Shown here: one piece after another, positions 26,518 to 41,487 of the stretch
How the letters are laid out: every line of letters begins with the position of its first letter
Position numbering within the stretch: the stretch's first letter is position 1
Assembly (NCBI RefSeq): GCF_018977255.1
Contig: NW_024704743.1
Location: 62,746,001-62,810,000 of the forward strand
Origin: Callorhinchus milii
Lineage: Eukaryota
Direction: 5' to 3'
Length of the DNA: 64,000 nucleotides
Translations under genes and position numbers: made by a program
Notes under the pieces: model-generated
Told to the model about the DNA's origin: nothing
Database searches by the model: none
The model's input: the letters and a program-made list of their open reading frames with translations, nothing else

Positions 26518-29149
26518 AGGTATTGATGAGATGCCTTTCTCTTGGCAAACTTGGGCCCGCTGCATGTCCCCCACCCTCTCTGACCCACGATTGGCCACTG
26601 AGCCTTAAGCCAATATGCTCCTATGCTCCGGAACTCCCTCCAAACTCCTCCATCTCACTCACTTCCCACCCATCTTCAAAAACTATGAAGCCATGCCTAC
26701 AGTCTCCTACCTCCTCCCCACACACACCCTGCTGAATGTCTGTAAAGTATAGTGACCATATGGCCCCAATTTCCGAGGTCAGTCCCTGGATGAGGTGCAG
26801 TAAAACTCGCACAAGTCTTATTTTTATAAATCATATAATCGCCAAGTTGTGCATTCACCAGAGTTCCATTCAGTTTCCTAACAAAACCACTTAGATTTCT
26901 TTGCACTACTCATTAATCGCCTCTGAACTCGTAATGCCACTCCCCAATCCTTCATTGCTCCCGCACTTACCGGCTGCATTGAATCGCAGGAAATGACGTC
27001 CTGACCCGTCCACACACACACTCCTACCGGCCGGCTGCAATGAATCGTGGAAAATGTAGTCTTCATCTGTCGACGCATACGCAGAAGAACTTAATTTTCA
27101 GCGATTCAATACGATTCCAGGGCTTGGAGTCAAGTGCTCATGCGCTGATGGGTCAAGTGGCATTGAACCGCAGGAAACTTAGTTTTGACCCATAAATGCA
27201 TTTGCCTTTACTGGCTGCAGTGAGGAACCAATGGATGCGCACTTAGCTTCTGCATTGAATTATGGGTGTGCAGTGTAGACTGTTGATTAAATTGGATTTT
27301 ATGTAACTTATAGAATTTGCCTGTAACTCAGATTTTGTGCAAGTCATTAAATGTTAAGGTCCCAACTGATATGATTTTTGTGAGTTTTATCGTATTATGT
27401 CCCTGGCCAAATTTGCTCTGCATTGAGTTCAGCAACAACAACATATATTTGTGTAGCGCCTTTCAAGTCAGGAGGACATCCCAAGGTGCTGTGCAAACTA
27501 AGCAATAACAATAAAATTCTGAAACCATAACACTCAGAAACACAGCCCTTAATCCAACAAGCTTCTCCAGTATTGCCAGCAATTATGATGAGCTCATGGT
27601 TTTTATATGTGTTACCGGATTTGGTTTACAAAATATGGTCACTCTAACCTAAAGTATTCCAAGATGTTACTCTTCATGAAAGGTGCTGATTAAAAGCAAA
27701 TTATTGTTGTTGTAACATCTGTAGAGATTAATCACTAACCCAGGGTTCTTCAGCAATCAGGCCATTTCCAATGTATTTGTTAATTCAGTTCTCCCACGTT
27801 AGTTCAGTTAGGCTGAATAAGACCACGTCACTTCTTCCCCAATAAGCTACAGCATTTAAACAATATATATATATAAAATATATTTTTAAAATCATTTAAA
27901 TAGATATTGGAATGCTTTTTGCCCACAAATACTCAAAATTACCCTTTAGTTGGGCTTTATATTGTTATTTACAACAACAACTTGCATTTACATAGCATCC
28001 GTCACGTCAGCGGAGAAGGATATTTACTTTGCATGCTACCTGACCATTGAGCGGGGCATGGGGAGGGAGAGACACTTAATGTTGAAAGTGAGTGGAGGAA
28101 TATTCCATCTGCAAACTTCAATATTCTTCACTGTAACAAGCATCAAATTCACTCCAAGAAATCAGTACAACACCCAGAAAGGCTAAAGGACAATGCCACA
28201 AAATCATTTTGTGATAAGTCTATCGAGCAATCAGTATGAACATACTTAACTTCATCAAGTATATACTTCCTAGAAGAAAGCACTATTCAGTTTACTGATA
28301 AGAAAACTGGCTAAATTACTATGCCATGTGTTGTTATCCCAGAAATGTGTTTGAAATATTCAAGAAAATTCAGATTCAGCCATACTAGCATCAGTTTGGC
28401 TATATAACAGCTCAGGAAAAAGGTAATACAATACTCAACCAACACCAAGATTGTATCTATCCCCTTGTAAGTGGCAGCAGGAGGCAACTCAACAAAGATG
28501 AAAGTTTCCTGACGATTACAGTGAGCGTAAATAGACTTGGAGAAAGGAATAGAAATTAAGAATTAAAAAAGTGACTTAAAAACAGTAATAGTGGCATATG
28601 AGCAATGAGCTGAATGGCCTCCTTCTGTGCTGAAAATTTCTGTTTCCATCTTCCAACGGGCAATACAAGTTCTAGCAATATTGGCAAGAAAGATGTCCTC
28701 AAAGCTCTTCACATAACTGAATGGGAGCTTGAGCTGGATAACATGAAATAAACTGCTCAAGCGTTGTGTGAACCTTTGCTGCAGGCATTCCTTGTGGCCT
28801 TTTTGGAATGATGACAGGAATATTTCATACTCCAAAGGAAGCTTTTTTCCCCCAAAATAGTGTATTACACAGCATGCTGGGGCGGAGGAGGTTGAAGAAA
28901 AAATAGAGAGAAGGAAAAATAGAAAAGTTGCAAAGCTGTTCTTGTGCCCTCCTAGAAGCTAGATTCACATTAGTCAAGGCCATAAGTGAAAAAGTAAAGG
29001 AGAAAATAACTTTTTTTTACAAAAACGTCTCACTTTCAGGAAAACAAAATTCAAAATAAAAGTCTCAGTGACTTGGCATGAAGCAGAAGTGGCAATGCAC
29101 AAGTGGGAAACTATAAATTCACAAGCAATTTTTGGTCTGCCTCATGAGT

Positions 29150-31490
29150 CTGGCCTGGAAAAAAACCTCTCCCTCACTTCCTCTCGGCTGCCTTGAGAGT
29201 CATCTGAAAGCCTTCCCCTCTGGGCTTCCTCCCACAATGACCTATCTTCCTCAGTCACTCTTCTCCGCAGCTCTCTCTCCTCCACTCTCAATTCCCTTAC
29301 TCCCCTCTCTTCCCGAACCATCTCCTATTCACGTAAGTCACCATGATACACCAGCCACCTCCGCTCCCTTAAAGCACAGGTGCGAGCCGCTGAGCGCACC
29401 TGGCTTAAATCAAACTTAACGGTGCATTGGCAGATGTAGCTGTATCTTATCAAATCCTACCGCTCCGCCCTCGTTTCTGTTAAATTGCCATGACAATCTT
29501 GGAGGCTAAGGACAACCCCAGGCTCCTCTTCTACATCATGAACCGGCTCCTCCGCCCACCCTCTCACACCTCGCCCATCCTCACCTTAAATGCCAACTGC
29601 GAGGCGATGCTGGACTTCCTTGAATCCAAAGTCGAGGGAATCCACCCAGCTGCCTCTGCAACTGCTAACCCCTCCCCATCCCGGCCTCCACCCATCTCTC
29701 CCTCCACACCTTCGAACCCATCTCCTCCTCCTCTCTCATCACCACTATAACCCTCATGAAACCGAACACCTGCTCCCTCGACCCCATCCCTACCCCTCTC
29801 CTTACCTCCCAGCTCCAACTCCTGCCCCTCTACTCAGTGACATCATAAATCTCTCCCTGTCCTCTGGTACTGTTCCCACTCCATTAAAAATCACTGTCAT
29901 CACTCCTATCCTTAAAAAACCCTCCCTGGACCCATCTCTATTCCCAAACTACCGCCCCATCTCCAACCTCCCTTTCCTCTTCAAGGATCTGGAATGAGTT
30001 GTTGCTTCTCAGCTTCGCTCCTTCCTCTCCCGCCACTCCCTTCACGAACCCCTCCAATCTGGTTCCAGTGCCGCCCACAGCACAGAAACAGCCCTGGTCA
30101 AAGTGACAAATGACATTCTGTCCATCTGCGTCCCTCTGCCTCCTCGTCCTCCTTGACCTCTCTGCTGCCTTCGACACCGTCGACCACTCTATCCTCATCC
30201 ATCGCCTCTCCTCTCACCTCAATCTTCACGGCTCTGTCCTTGACTGGTTCAGATTGTACCTCTCACACCTCCTCCACTTCATCTCCACAAACGGCTTCTC
30301 CTCTAGCCCCCACACCGTCTCGTGCGGCGTTCCTCAGGGCTCTGTCCGTGGTCCCCTCCTCTTCAACATCTATATGCTCCCTCTTGGTGACATCATCCGC
30401 AGACATGGGGTCAACTTCCACATTACCCAACTATACCTCTCTGCCTCCACCCTTGACTCCAGGACCACTGCTGTCCTGACAGAATGTCTGTCAGACATCA
30501 AGTCCTGGATGAGAGCTAACTTTCTTCAGTTGAATGTCAACAAGACCGAGGCTCTCCTGATTGGCTCCTGTCAGCACCTCCTCACCTCAGGCACTGACAG
30601 CATCACCATCCATGGTTGCACCCTCCACCTCACTAAGCCAGTCCAGAACCTTGGGGTCTTGTTTGACCCTCAACTGTCCTTTCTACCCCACATCTGCGCC
30701 ATGACCCGCTCTGTCTTCCACCACCTCCGCAACATCCCCCGGCTCCGACACTCTCTCGCACTGCATCGAGGCTTGACTATGCAAACTCATTGCTTGTCGG
30801 CCTCCCCAACACCTCCCTCTACAAGCTGCAGATCATCCAGAATTCTGCAGCCCGCGTCTTCCCATCGCACAGAGGATACAGTTCAAGATCCTGGTCCCTA
30901 CCTCCTCAACGTTGCCTGACTCCACCACTGCCTCACTAACAGTCTGCCGAAACCCTCATACATGCCTTCATTACATCCAGGCTCAACTATGCCAAATCGC
31001 TGCTTGACGACTCGTCCCTCCACAAGCTACAGATCACCCAGAACTCTGCAGCTCGTGTTCTCTCCCACATCAGATTCCGTGAACCCATCACACCCACCCT
31101 CGCCCGGCCTCACTGGCCCTCATTCTTCAGAGGATCGAATTCAAAATCCTTATCCTCAACTTCAAGGCCCTCTGACCTACCTCTCCGACCTGCTGACCCC
31201 TTATCAACCTGTCCACTCCCTCCACTCAGCAGGCTCCGTCTGCTCCATCTCTCCAGCCCGGCCCGTTTCACCATTGGTGGTCGGGCCTTCAACAACAACA
31301 ACAACAAGATTCCATTTATAGAGCGCCTTTCACGTCGGGAGGACATCCTTCAGCCTCTCTGCCCCCACCCTCTGGAACTCCATCCCATATTCCTTTCGCC
31401 TACCTCCCTCCCTTGCCTCCTTCGAGGAACGCCTCAAGACCATCCTCTTCGACCGTGCCTTCGGCCACCCTCCTACCATCTTTGCCCCCC
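29150..31490 (+). mobile_element. L2 LINE 3' portion (RT domain), decayed, with a duplicated segment and a nested L2 tail
   Basis: [39 protein letters not shown]. Stops and frameshifts; 30720-30900 and 30900-31180 cover the same region; inverted tail insert ~31291-31346 with TSD CCTTCA. Confidence 0.95.
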
Positions 31491-34400
31491 TTTGGTATTG
31501 TTACCAGGAGTTTACTGTAGCATTCCTCTGAAATGGCACAAGTTACCCAATACATCTCCAAAACTCAACCACCAGTATTCTCACCCATAACAAACTCGGC
31601 ATGCCCATCACCCCAATCTTCACCAGGCTTTACTGGCTCAGAAAGAATAGATTTCAAAATCCTCACCCTTGCATACAAATTCCTTCATGCCCTACCACCT
31701 CCCTACCTCTCTGACCTCCATGTATCCCACTCCTCTGCCCACGCCTTCACTTTGCTGGCACTTGCCTGCAATGCATCCCCGATCCCTCTGTGCCACAGTT
31801 GGTGACTGCGCTTTCACTATGCTCCTGAGCTTTGGAACTCTTTGCTTCAATCCCTCTGCCTTGCTCCCTCTTTAGCTATCTTTCAATCCCACCTTAATAC
31901 TTACTTGTTCGGCCATGCTTGTGTCCCCTTCCCATATCGTCCAACCCTGCCAACATGCAATGCTCTGAGACACAATATAAATGCAAGTTACTGCTGTTGT
32001 ACATTATAAAGGTTCTGAGTTGCAGAATGCAATATTCACGTGCATTTATAAAATGCTCTATATTTGTTTCAACATGGAACCATTTCTAGAATAATAATAA
32101 TCCTTGCATTTGATACAGCACCTTATCACATCTTCGAGACGTCTCAAAGCGCTTCACGGAATATACTGTAAAGTGAATTGACTGTATATCTTATGGGCAA
32201 AACAAAGTGAATTGACTGTGTATTTTGTGGGTGAAACAAATGAGATCTGTTCTTAATTGGTGTGAACCCATAAATTAGCGTTTACTGATGACGTCCTCAT
32301 CATAAGCAAAAAGAAATGACTCCCATACTGGCCAATAGATGGAGCTATGCGCTAATTTTGTTTCAACTGTGTAACTACAAAAACACACACATTTTAAAGG
32401 TAATGCATGAAAGTCTACTTGTGATGATGGGCCCAGAACTCACTCACAATTTCAAGGGTTATTAGATCCGAAACCACTCAATGGTCTATTATCCAAATAG
32501 TATCACCTTCCATATTTGGAAATACTTTTAAAACTATTTTTTGCATCTTATCTGAACATTTCCATTTTATTGCATTATGAATACAATATGTTCTCAAGTT
32601 GTCATTTCATAATGACTATTTTACCTCCTTTTTTAAAAACTTAAAATAGGAATAGAGAATTATTTTGTCTAAAACAAAGATTCAACAAGGTGATATTCTG
32701 CTAGCTATCAGGTGCAAGATGTCCAGTTAGGGGATTCTCCGATTGTAACTGATTTACACACAATCCATGGATTTTAGTGTATTACAGAAATCATATGAAT
32801 TAGATTGAACTAGCTGTATTAAATTTAATAGAATAGTAGAAATTTTAGGTTAGAAAGAGGCCATTTGGACTATTCTTCCTTTGTTGGTGCTGGCTCCCTA
32901 CTTGAGGTTTCCTTCCCTTTGGAATTGCTCAACCCCATTCCCTTTTATATCTTTATTCTTCAAGTGACTACCTAATACCCTTTTCAATGGGTTAATTGAC
33001 TTGCTTTCAATAGCCACTTATGGAAATGTGTTCCACATCCTAATAATTCTCTGTGGAACAAAATGGGTTGTCTAACTTCACCACGTATCCATCCAGTGAC
33101 CCAGTGACACCAGCATGAAGTAAGAAAATTAGCAAGGATATCCGATTAACTTTAAATATAACATTAGATTTTCAGGCACCCCATTTTGTTTTGCAGACCT
33201 CTGTCAACAAAACATTGAACCAAATTTTCTGAAATAAAGACATGAGCTAAACTATTCAGCAATCTGAATGAACAGGCTCATGTGCTCGTGAAGGAGGGAG
33301 GAGAGAGAAGAAAAGGGGCATGTGGTTTGAGATGGGATACTGTCTGTCAATTTGGAATCAGTAACATGGAAAACGACACTATGTCGGTTAAAGATCACAG
33401 CAAGGCGTGGATATCGAGTGGGACATTAGGGAAATAGGACAGGACCTGCCAATTGGTGGGAGGAATCGGGTGCACATAAGACATGCACTGACAGGGGAAC
33501 ATAGTGCAGGGATAGATTAAAGTCCAGAGATCAATACAGTAATAAAGAGAGGCAGAGGGAAACACCAGAACTTGGTCCCTGAAGTTATGGCTTCTCTTTT
33601 CTACAAAACAATGACCATATTTAGTATACAATGAAGTTAAAGTGAATTTTCTCTGCTTGAACACAAACCTTAGCTAACATCCTGCGCATGCCTTTTGAAG
33701 TCAAATATTTGAGCGAAAGTGATTTGAATACAAACCCCTCAAAAATGCCAACAATTACATTTGAATATACATTGTTTAGACTCAAATAAAAAAAAGAAAT
33801 GAATAGAAGAAAGAAACAAGAACAAAACAAAGCGTGAAGGTTGTGTTCAATTAGTCTTCACTTACTGTACTAATTGTGCTGATCTGAATTCGCAAATGGA
33901 ATTGCTATCAGGGGTACACTTGGGAGAATTGCTGTAATTAACACTTGTGCCCAAACACATTTTATATCTTATTACTATTCAACTAATCCAATAGAAAAAG
34001 AACAAAATTATAAAATCCACGTCTCCAATACTTTTGACTAAACTGCTCAAAACCATTATTGAGACATTTTCTGACAGCTATACTATTTGTACAGTAGGAA
34101 ACTAATGTTTTTTATATTAATAAGTATTCATGCACAATGTCACAAGTCACCACTATATATATATATAAATTTAAAAAACGCATAAATAACTAAACCCCAC
34201 CCCCTAACAACACTGTCATTGGCAGCCAAACATTTGGCTAGTTTTAATGAGATGCCAGTTACAATAGAAAATGAAAAGATCAAGAACCAAGATCCATTCT
34301 GCAACGTTATAACAGCATTCTAACTTAAAGTGGCATTGTACACACAAACACTAACAGAAGAACAAAATGAGGCTGAAGAATATTATATTATGAGGTTACC

Positions 34401-36239
34401 AAAATCTTTTATTGTCTATACATTTCCAGGTTATGCATTCCAAAGAATTGCCAGGAATTTACACGCAGTCATATTGCTGCACTAGAAAAAACCTAGCAAC
34501 GTTATTCATCTATCTTCCGATGGCTTTTTAAGCCTGGGTACACCAATTCTCTGGAAGATTTTATTTGGTGGTTTCCTTCAAAATGGAAGATTTGAATTAT
34601 TACAATGCATTCTTATTTGTTAGCTCATTAATTCATTCACATTTACTACCCTAAATTTCTGCCAGCTCCACCCACAATTCTCTGGCTGAAGGGATGGCAG
34701 ACAGTGTTCTCAGCCTTCTGTCAATGTTATATTGGAGAGACGCAAGGTCAACTCACTCTCTAAATCAGCATTACAACGAAAAGACAACATGAGGGTATAC
34801 ATCTGAAGTCTAATGCTAATAAATATAAGCCAATTGTTCTAAAATATTTTTGGCCTACATATGCTTAGCCTACTAAACAATTTTAATCAAAACTAATTAA
34901 GCTTGTTATAAGTTTGTAATTCTGTTTTACAGACATTTACAGCAGAGAAGGAGGCCATTGTGTCTGTGCTGGCAACTTGAAAGAGCAATCCTTTCAGTCC
35001 CATTTACCTGCCTTTTCCCCATAGCCCTTAGAATATTCATCTATAAATATCTATCTAGTTCCTTCTTGAAAGCTCATATAGATCCTGCCTCGACCACAGC
35101 ACTCAGAAGGGCATTCCACATCTACTTTTCAACTTCCAGTCTTCATTCCAGGTCTTTAAGCACTCCGATACAATACCCTGCGTAAAGGATACTATACAAA
35201 TATAAGTTATTGTTCTCCACTGATGTTCTGTCAGCTCAATGGTCAACAACAACTTGCATTTATATAACACTCTTCATATAAGATAACATCTCAGAGTCCT
35301 GTACGGTTAGGGGGTTGGATGCCAAGCAGAGGAAAAGGTGAGCAGGAGGTGACCATAGGTGCAATTGAAGAGTTGGGTTTTCAGGTGGAATTTGAAAGTG
35401 GATAAAAGGGTGAGGCGGATGGATAGAGGGTAGGAAGTTCCAGAGGTTAGGGACATAGTGGCTGAAAGATGGTAACGCAGAAGGGCAGGGGTCTCACAGC
35501 AGGAACTGTGTTAGCTGAGCAGACCAGCAGGAGTGCATTTGAGAAATTGAGGCGGGAGGTGACAAAAGCATGGTTGAGTGTTTCAGTGGCATTTGATGTG
35601 ATATAGGGTCAGAAGTGGAGGAAAGCAAACTTTCAGGGACCAAATGTGGGGAGAAAGGATAGGTTAGGATTGAACTGGTCACCAAGGTTATCCACTAGTT
35701 CGTTAAGTTTGAAAGACAGGCTTGGGAAGTTGATGAGCTTGGAGCTAGAGATAAAGAGACGAAGGCAGGAGCTGAGGAAAATTGCTCCCATCTTGTCCTT
35801 CCAGATCTTGATGTCTGACAGACAGGTCGAACATCAGTGGACCTAGGATTGCCTCAGAAGTGGAAAAGTAGATTGGAAAACATCAGCATACATGTGGAAA
35901 TCTTTTGATGGTGAAAAGAGCCCCATGGATAGGTAATGACTCTCTAGCAAGAGTGCACCCAGCCATTGCCCCGATCTTGAATTACCATTGCCAAATCCGC
36001 CAACATTAACCTCTGGGGTTCATTACTGACAAGAAGCTTAACCGAGCCAATATGGTTATAAAAGCAGGGCAGAGGCTTCAGTTGCATTGTTTTGCAATAG
36101 ATCGCTTCCACATGATATATTTATGAAACTGAATATGATTCAATATTATGCGTGGAAGTGATCCTTGGAGAAGCATTTCATAAAGTCCTAGTGATCAATG
36201 CTGGGATGTGCTGCCTGCTTTCAGAAATTCTGGTGGGTT

Positions 36240-36870
36240 CTGGGTGTCCAGCTTGACAGTGGCGGAGTCTGGCCTCGAGCCAGGGGGAGGTGACTATAAG
36301 CACGATCAAAAACAAAGATCTTTAGGCGGGATTTGAAGGTAGAGAGGGAGGGGGCAAGGCAGAGGGATTGAGGGAGAGGCTTCCAGAGTTTCGGGGCATA
36401 GTGGCTGAAGGCATAGCCACAGATGGTGGAGTGGAGGGGATGAGGAACGAACAGGAGGCCGGAACCAGCCAAGCGGAGCAAAGGTAAGAAGGGCATGAAG
36501 GGATTTGAAGATGAGTGAGAGGATCTTGAAATCAATCCGTTCAATAAATGGGAGCCAGTTGATCCTGGCAACGACTGGTGTGATGGGGATACAGAGTTTT
36601 ATGCAGATGAGAAACCGGGCATCAGAGTTCTGAATTAGTTGTATTTTGTGTATTGTGGAATTGGGGAGACCAGCAAGGAAGGCATTGGAATAGACCACCT
36701 GGGAAGTGACAAAGGCATGGACAAGGGTTTCAGCTGCTTTGGTTGTAAGGTACAGACGGAGGCCGGCAATGTGATGGAGGTGGAAAAAAGTGGTCTTGTT
36801 CAGGGAACGCATGTGGGGTAGAAAGGAAAGCTGGGGATCAAACCTGATGCCTAAGTTGCGCACAGGTTCG
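36240..36870 (-). mobile_element. L2 LINE 3' fragment
   Basis: RNLGIRFDPQLSF..AETLVHAFVTS..INWLPFIERIDFKIL. Confidence 0.9.
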
Positions 36871-37127
36871 GTTGATCTGAGTGACCAGTTGTTGTTAACT
36901 GTAGTAATACATGTAGGAAATACATTTAATTGTGTTCCTGTTGTCTGGAACTCTATCCCAGAGTCCCGCCCTCCACCTTCTATTTCAAGCCTACCTCAAA
37001 GCATACCTCTTCCCCCAACTCACCAGCAGCTCGGGTACCCAGACAGCATTGTCAAATCCTTTGAGACATCTTCCTGACATGAAAGTGCAACATAAATGTA
37101 AATTGTATGAATTATTCCACATCTACT

Positions 37128-37408
37128 CTACATGGCGCAGATGTGGGGTAGAAAGGACAGTTGAGGGTCAAACACGATGCCAAGGTTCTGGACTGGCTTA
37201 GTGAGGTGGAGTGTACATCCATGGACTGTGATGCTGTCAGCGCCTGAGGTGTGGAGGCGCTGACAGGAGCCAATCAGGAGAGCCTCGGTCTTGTTGACAT
37301 TCAACTGAAGAAAGTTAGCTCTCATCCAAGAGTTGATGTCCAACAGACATTCAGTGAGGGCAGTAGTGGTCCTGGAGTCAAGTGTGGAGGCAGAGAGGTA
37401 GAGTTGGG
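37128..37408 (-). mobile_element. L2 internal RT fragment
   Basis: Near-identical reverse complement of ~30425-30705. Confidence 0.9.
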
Positions 37409-40400
37409 TATGCTAATACTTGAGGTGTATGTTAGAGCCAGTATCTGTCTTTCTATCTCCAGCACCAGACCAGAAAAGTAATATTACTGACAAGTGCATG
37501 AACATGTCAACTGCAGTTGCAATATTGACTGTAGATGGCATCTGGTGCAAACTTTAAATGTACTCTTCCCCATCTCATTATAGTTGAACCCTCAACTTTA
37601 ACAGCCAGCTGAGCTGGTCAGCTGCTCAGAAATATCTCTACCTGTAGGCAAACTAGCAAGATTTGTATTAGGGCTACATCTAATGGTTCTGACAAATAGA
37701 CATACAATACAATATTACATTTGCATAGCGCCTTTCATCAGGAGGATATCCCAAAGTGCTGGACAATCAGGGGCGTGCATCCAAGCTGGGGGGGGGAGGG
37801 TGTTGGGAGCGGGGGGGGGGGGGGGGGAGCAGGGAGGGTAGGGTGTTTGGTTAACAAACATGAAGTTGTTTTTTGAAGAGTTCGGTGGAAGTGCTGTATT
37901 CAAAATAAATTGTTAAACTGCCCAAAATAAATTACCATTGAGCCCTTACTGATAGTAAATTAAAATATGCAAAATGCAGATGTCCATCCAAAATACACAT
38001 TTCTATCTATAAGAAGTAAAGTGGGAACAGGAAAAAGACACAAGTCAGAGTAAGATTTTGTTTGTGTTTCATCCCCCAGAGCAGCTCATCTCTACACATC
38101 CTAAGGCAGCTGAAAGACTGGATAAGCAAAGTCTGTTGCAGTTTAAAAAACACAAAGTTATCTGACCATCCAGTCCAATTTTTGACGGTCTAAATCCAAG
38201 GGAAAGATGTTAATTGGTATGGCTTCAGGCCTTTAAAAAAATAGACAGCCCAATCCAAGCAGTAAAAATTGTATTTGCCACAGCCTATTAGGTGATGTTT
38301 ATTCTATAGTTTTTTTTTGTGACTGTGACATTCTATCTTTAACTGTGTGGTTAATTATATGGATATTGAGACCCATAGGGCTTGATTAACATCATTAATC
38401 TTATATCTGTTCTCAACAGCAGTCTGATACTCCAGGTAACGCACATACTTGTATGCATTTCAAAATGTGTTAGTATGTTTTTGAAGCTACACTGCCTGTT
38501 CTGCATGTATTTAAAAAACATTAGGTTTTGAGAATTTGAGTGGCATACTGGCCAACAGTCTGTCATGGAATGGAAAACATTATGAAATCCCCATTTTACA
38601 TTTTTTATTCTGGCAGCCTGATTCGGGTGAGAAAGAAGTGAGGTCGTCAGATCAGACCTAGTCTGATCAGATGCTCTTGCATCCCTCCTGAAATTGGTTA
38701 CAGAGCTGAATAGCCAAAGGTCTAGAGTCAGACTGTGTGCCTGCCTATCCTGTCAATCAAATTTCTGTACAGGAGGATCTAAAGCAGAGGTAACAAAGGG
38801 ATTATAAAAAGTGAGGTGGGAAATATAAATACAAGTCCAAAAATCTGTACAAAACTTGGTATTTAAAAGTATTCATATAATCCAGAGCGCAAAGATGTAG
38901 CTAAATGTCTACAATTCCCTAAGCAGCAAATTTCTGGTCTCAGCCATGAGACCTCAAGAAACGTCGAGTGAAAATAAAAATCTACCGTAGGGGCAGAATT
39001 GTCAGCATCTGACATCTGACAAGAGGCTTCCGTCAGCATCTTGTAGCAAGTGACTACACAGCACCGAAGAACTATGATCAAGTGAACTATCTAAATGTTT
39101 TGATTAGGTCTACTGAGTTTTAAAAAAGCAACATTACTTAATATCAAACATCTCTGTACAGAGCTCAACTGAAAATGGACAGAGGTCAAATATTTGATGT
39201 AATTTCTTGATCAATAAGTTATTTGGCAGATTATATTCAGAATCTACATCTGGTAAAATTAGTGTTCTAATAAAAGTACTTCAGCTTGATGGGGTGGATC
39301 ATCCTACAGTTATTAATTATATTATTATTAATAATAACTAGAGCTACCCTACGTGAAGGGTGCTATGCAAGCTGTTGTTGCATAGCAATCGAAGAGAGAT
39401 CTCACACTAAAAGGTGGAATTAAGTTCAAACTGTAACAGTGCAGGAAGCTCCAAATGAACAAACAACTAAGGCAGTGGTATGATTGGACTCTGAGCAAAG
39501 GAGAAGGAGGTGACCATAGACATAGTTGAAGAGGTAGATTTTAAGTTTGGATTCAAAGAAACTTAAACAACAGGAGGGAGACAGATAGGGAGTCCCAGAG
39601 TCTAGCGGCTGAAGGCTCGGCCACCAAAGGTGATGAAGAGGGGCAGGGGACATGCAACAGTGTTGTGGTAGCTGGGTGTATGGAGTGGCAGAGTGGGATA
39701 CAAGAGATCAGATAAGTCGAGAGGTGCTCGTCTATGCAAGTGTGAGGAAATTGAAGTCAACCATTTGGATGCAGGAAGCCAGAGGAGCCTGACAATGATT
39801 GAGATGATGTACCTGTGGAGTTTGATGTGGATATAAGCGGTGGAGTTTTATATTAGCTGAACCTTGTGGATGATAAAACTGGAAAGCCCAGAGAGGAGTG
39901 CATTTGAGAAAACAAGGCAGGAAGGAGGAGGAAGTATCGATAAGTATCGATAAGTCTGGTAAACATCTCTGGTCAGGCTAAGGTTGATGGCACAGGTTCA
40001 ATGATGCAATAGGAAGGATATGCAATTACAATGATATCATAAATAAGGGATTTTATCCCAAATAAACTCGGAATTCTTAATTGTAGTTATAGGAGAGGGG
40101 ATGAGAAGGCACATTTCCATCTTGTAATACAATATGTAATCCTGTGTATCACGGTCCCCAATAGGGGTAATCAGATCTGGCTCTTATCAGGATAATATGT
40201 GATAACAGTGGAACCTCGAGCAGCCAGTGAACACATTATGATAACAATTAAATTGATTTGGCTATCACTACAGGTTTTTACTCTAAAAAATAAGGATCAA
40301 ATTAAAATAAATTCATTGTTGAATAATGCTGATGAAAGTCTTCTCAATGTGAGGAAAAAAATACAATTAACAATATGAAGAGAAATGTGATGTTTCAGAA

Positions 40401-40567
40401 CAGATTGATATGATCAATTAAAATTAAGATACATCAGAATTTCAATCAATAATTAATTGGATTTGTGCGCAAATCTTTCCCGCCCAACAAACTTCATCAT
40501 AACATTTGGCCTATAATTAACCTGCAACCACTATCTTTGTTTCTGTTACAGCCACTGCCATTTGTCA

Positions 40568-40925
40568 TGAGGTGTTTTGATAAGAGTAGATAGGGAGAAA
40601 CTGTTTCCACTGGCAGTTGGGTGGGTAACCAAGGGACATAGATTTAAGATTCAAGATAATTGGCAAAAGAACCAGAGGGGAGATGAGGAGAAAAACATTT
40701 TTACACAGAGTTGTTACAGTCTGGAATGCACTGCCTGAAAGGGTGGTGGAAACAGATTCAATAACAACTTTTAAAAGGGAATTGGATAGGTACTTGAAAA
40801 GGAAAAATTTGCAAGGATTTGGAGAAAGAGAGGGGGAGTGGGGCTGATTGGTAGCTCTTCCAAAGAGCCGGCACATCCACAATGGGCCAAATGACCTCCT
40901 TCTGTGCTGTAATATTCTGTAATTC
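40568..40925 (+). mobile_element. CR1 LINE 3' end
   Basis: C-terminal motif ..WNALPERVVE..FKRELDRYL followed by ATGGGCCAAATGACCTCCTTCTGTGCTG and an (ATTCTGT)-type tail. Confidence 0.88.
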
Positions 40926-41487
40926 AGATAATGTTCAGCCAATACTGTGAAGCAATCAAAACGCTAACATAATGCTATGGTGAATAATCGGTCCAGGATA
41001 GTAAAATACAAGTTTACAGAAGATCATTTAGAACACACCCATTACAAAACCATTTGCACTAGCAAGATCTCACAAACAGCTGGTTTGTGACCAATTAATC
41101 TGGAGGATTTTTGGCCAGAACCCCACGAGTATTTTCTTTTTAAATTGCTTCAAGGGATCTTGGCACCCACCTCAGACTGATTTAACATTTAACATTTCAT
41201 ATGAAAGACGGCAACTCTGACAATGCAGCATTCTCCAGTACAATTTCAAATGCATTTCTCCTCAACAGTAAGGGCAAAGCAGTAGTACCTAACCCAAAAC
41301 ACCCTTTATGCTAACTACTTGATCTTCACTTATTTGACTTTCTTCATTACATGTCATGTCATATTGTTATATCAGATGTCACAAACCCACAGGTACACAC
41401 CAACATTTGCAATCTCCCTGAAAAATTCCCCCATCCCAGCTTAATTCTGTTTGCCCTGTTTATTGCTGCCTGGATATAGTTTTAATA

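Noticed and set aside
30110..30919. 269-aa ORF as a host gene or active RT
   Set aside because: Fragment of a decayed L2: YADD is missing, with stops upstream and a frameshifted end.
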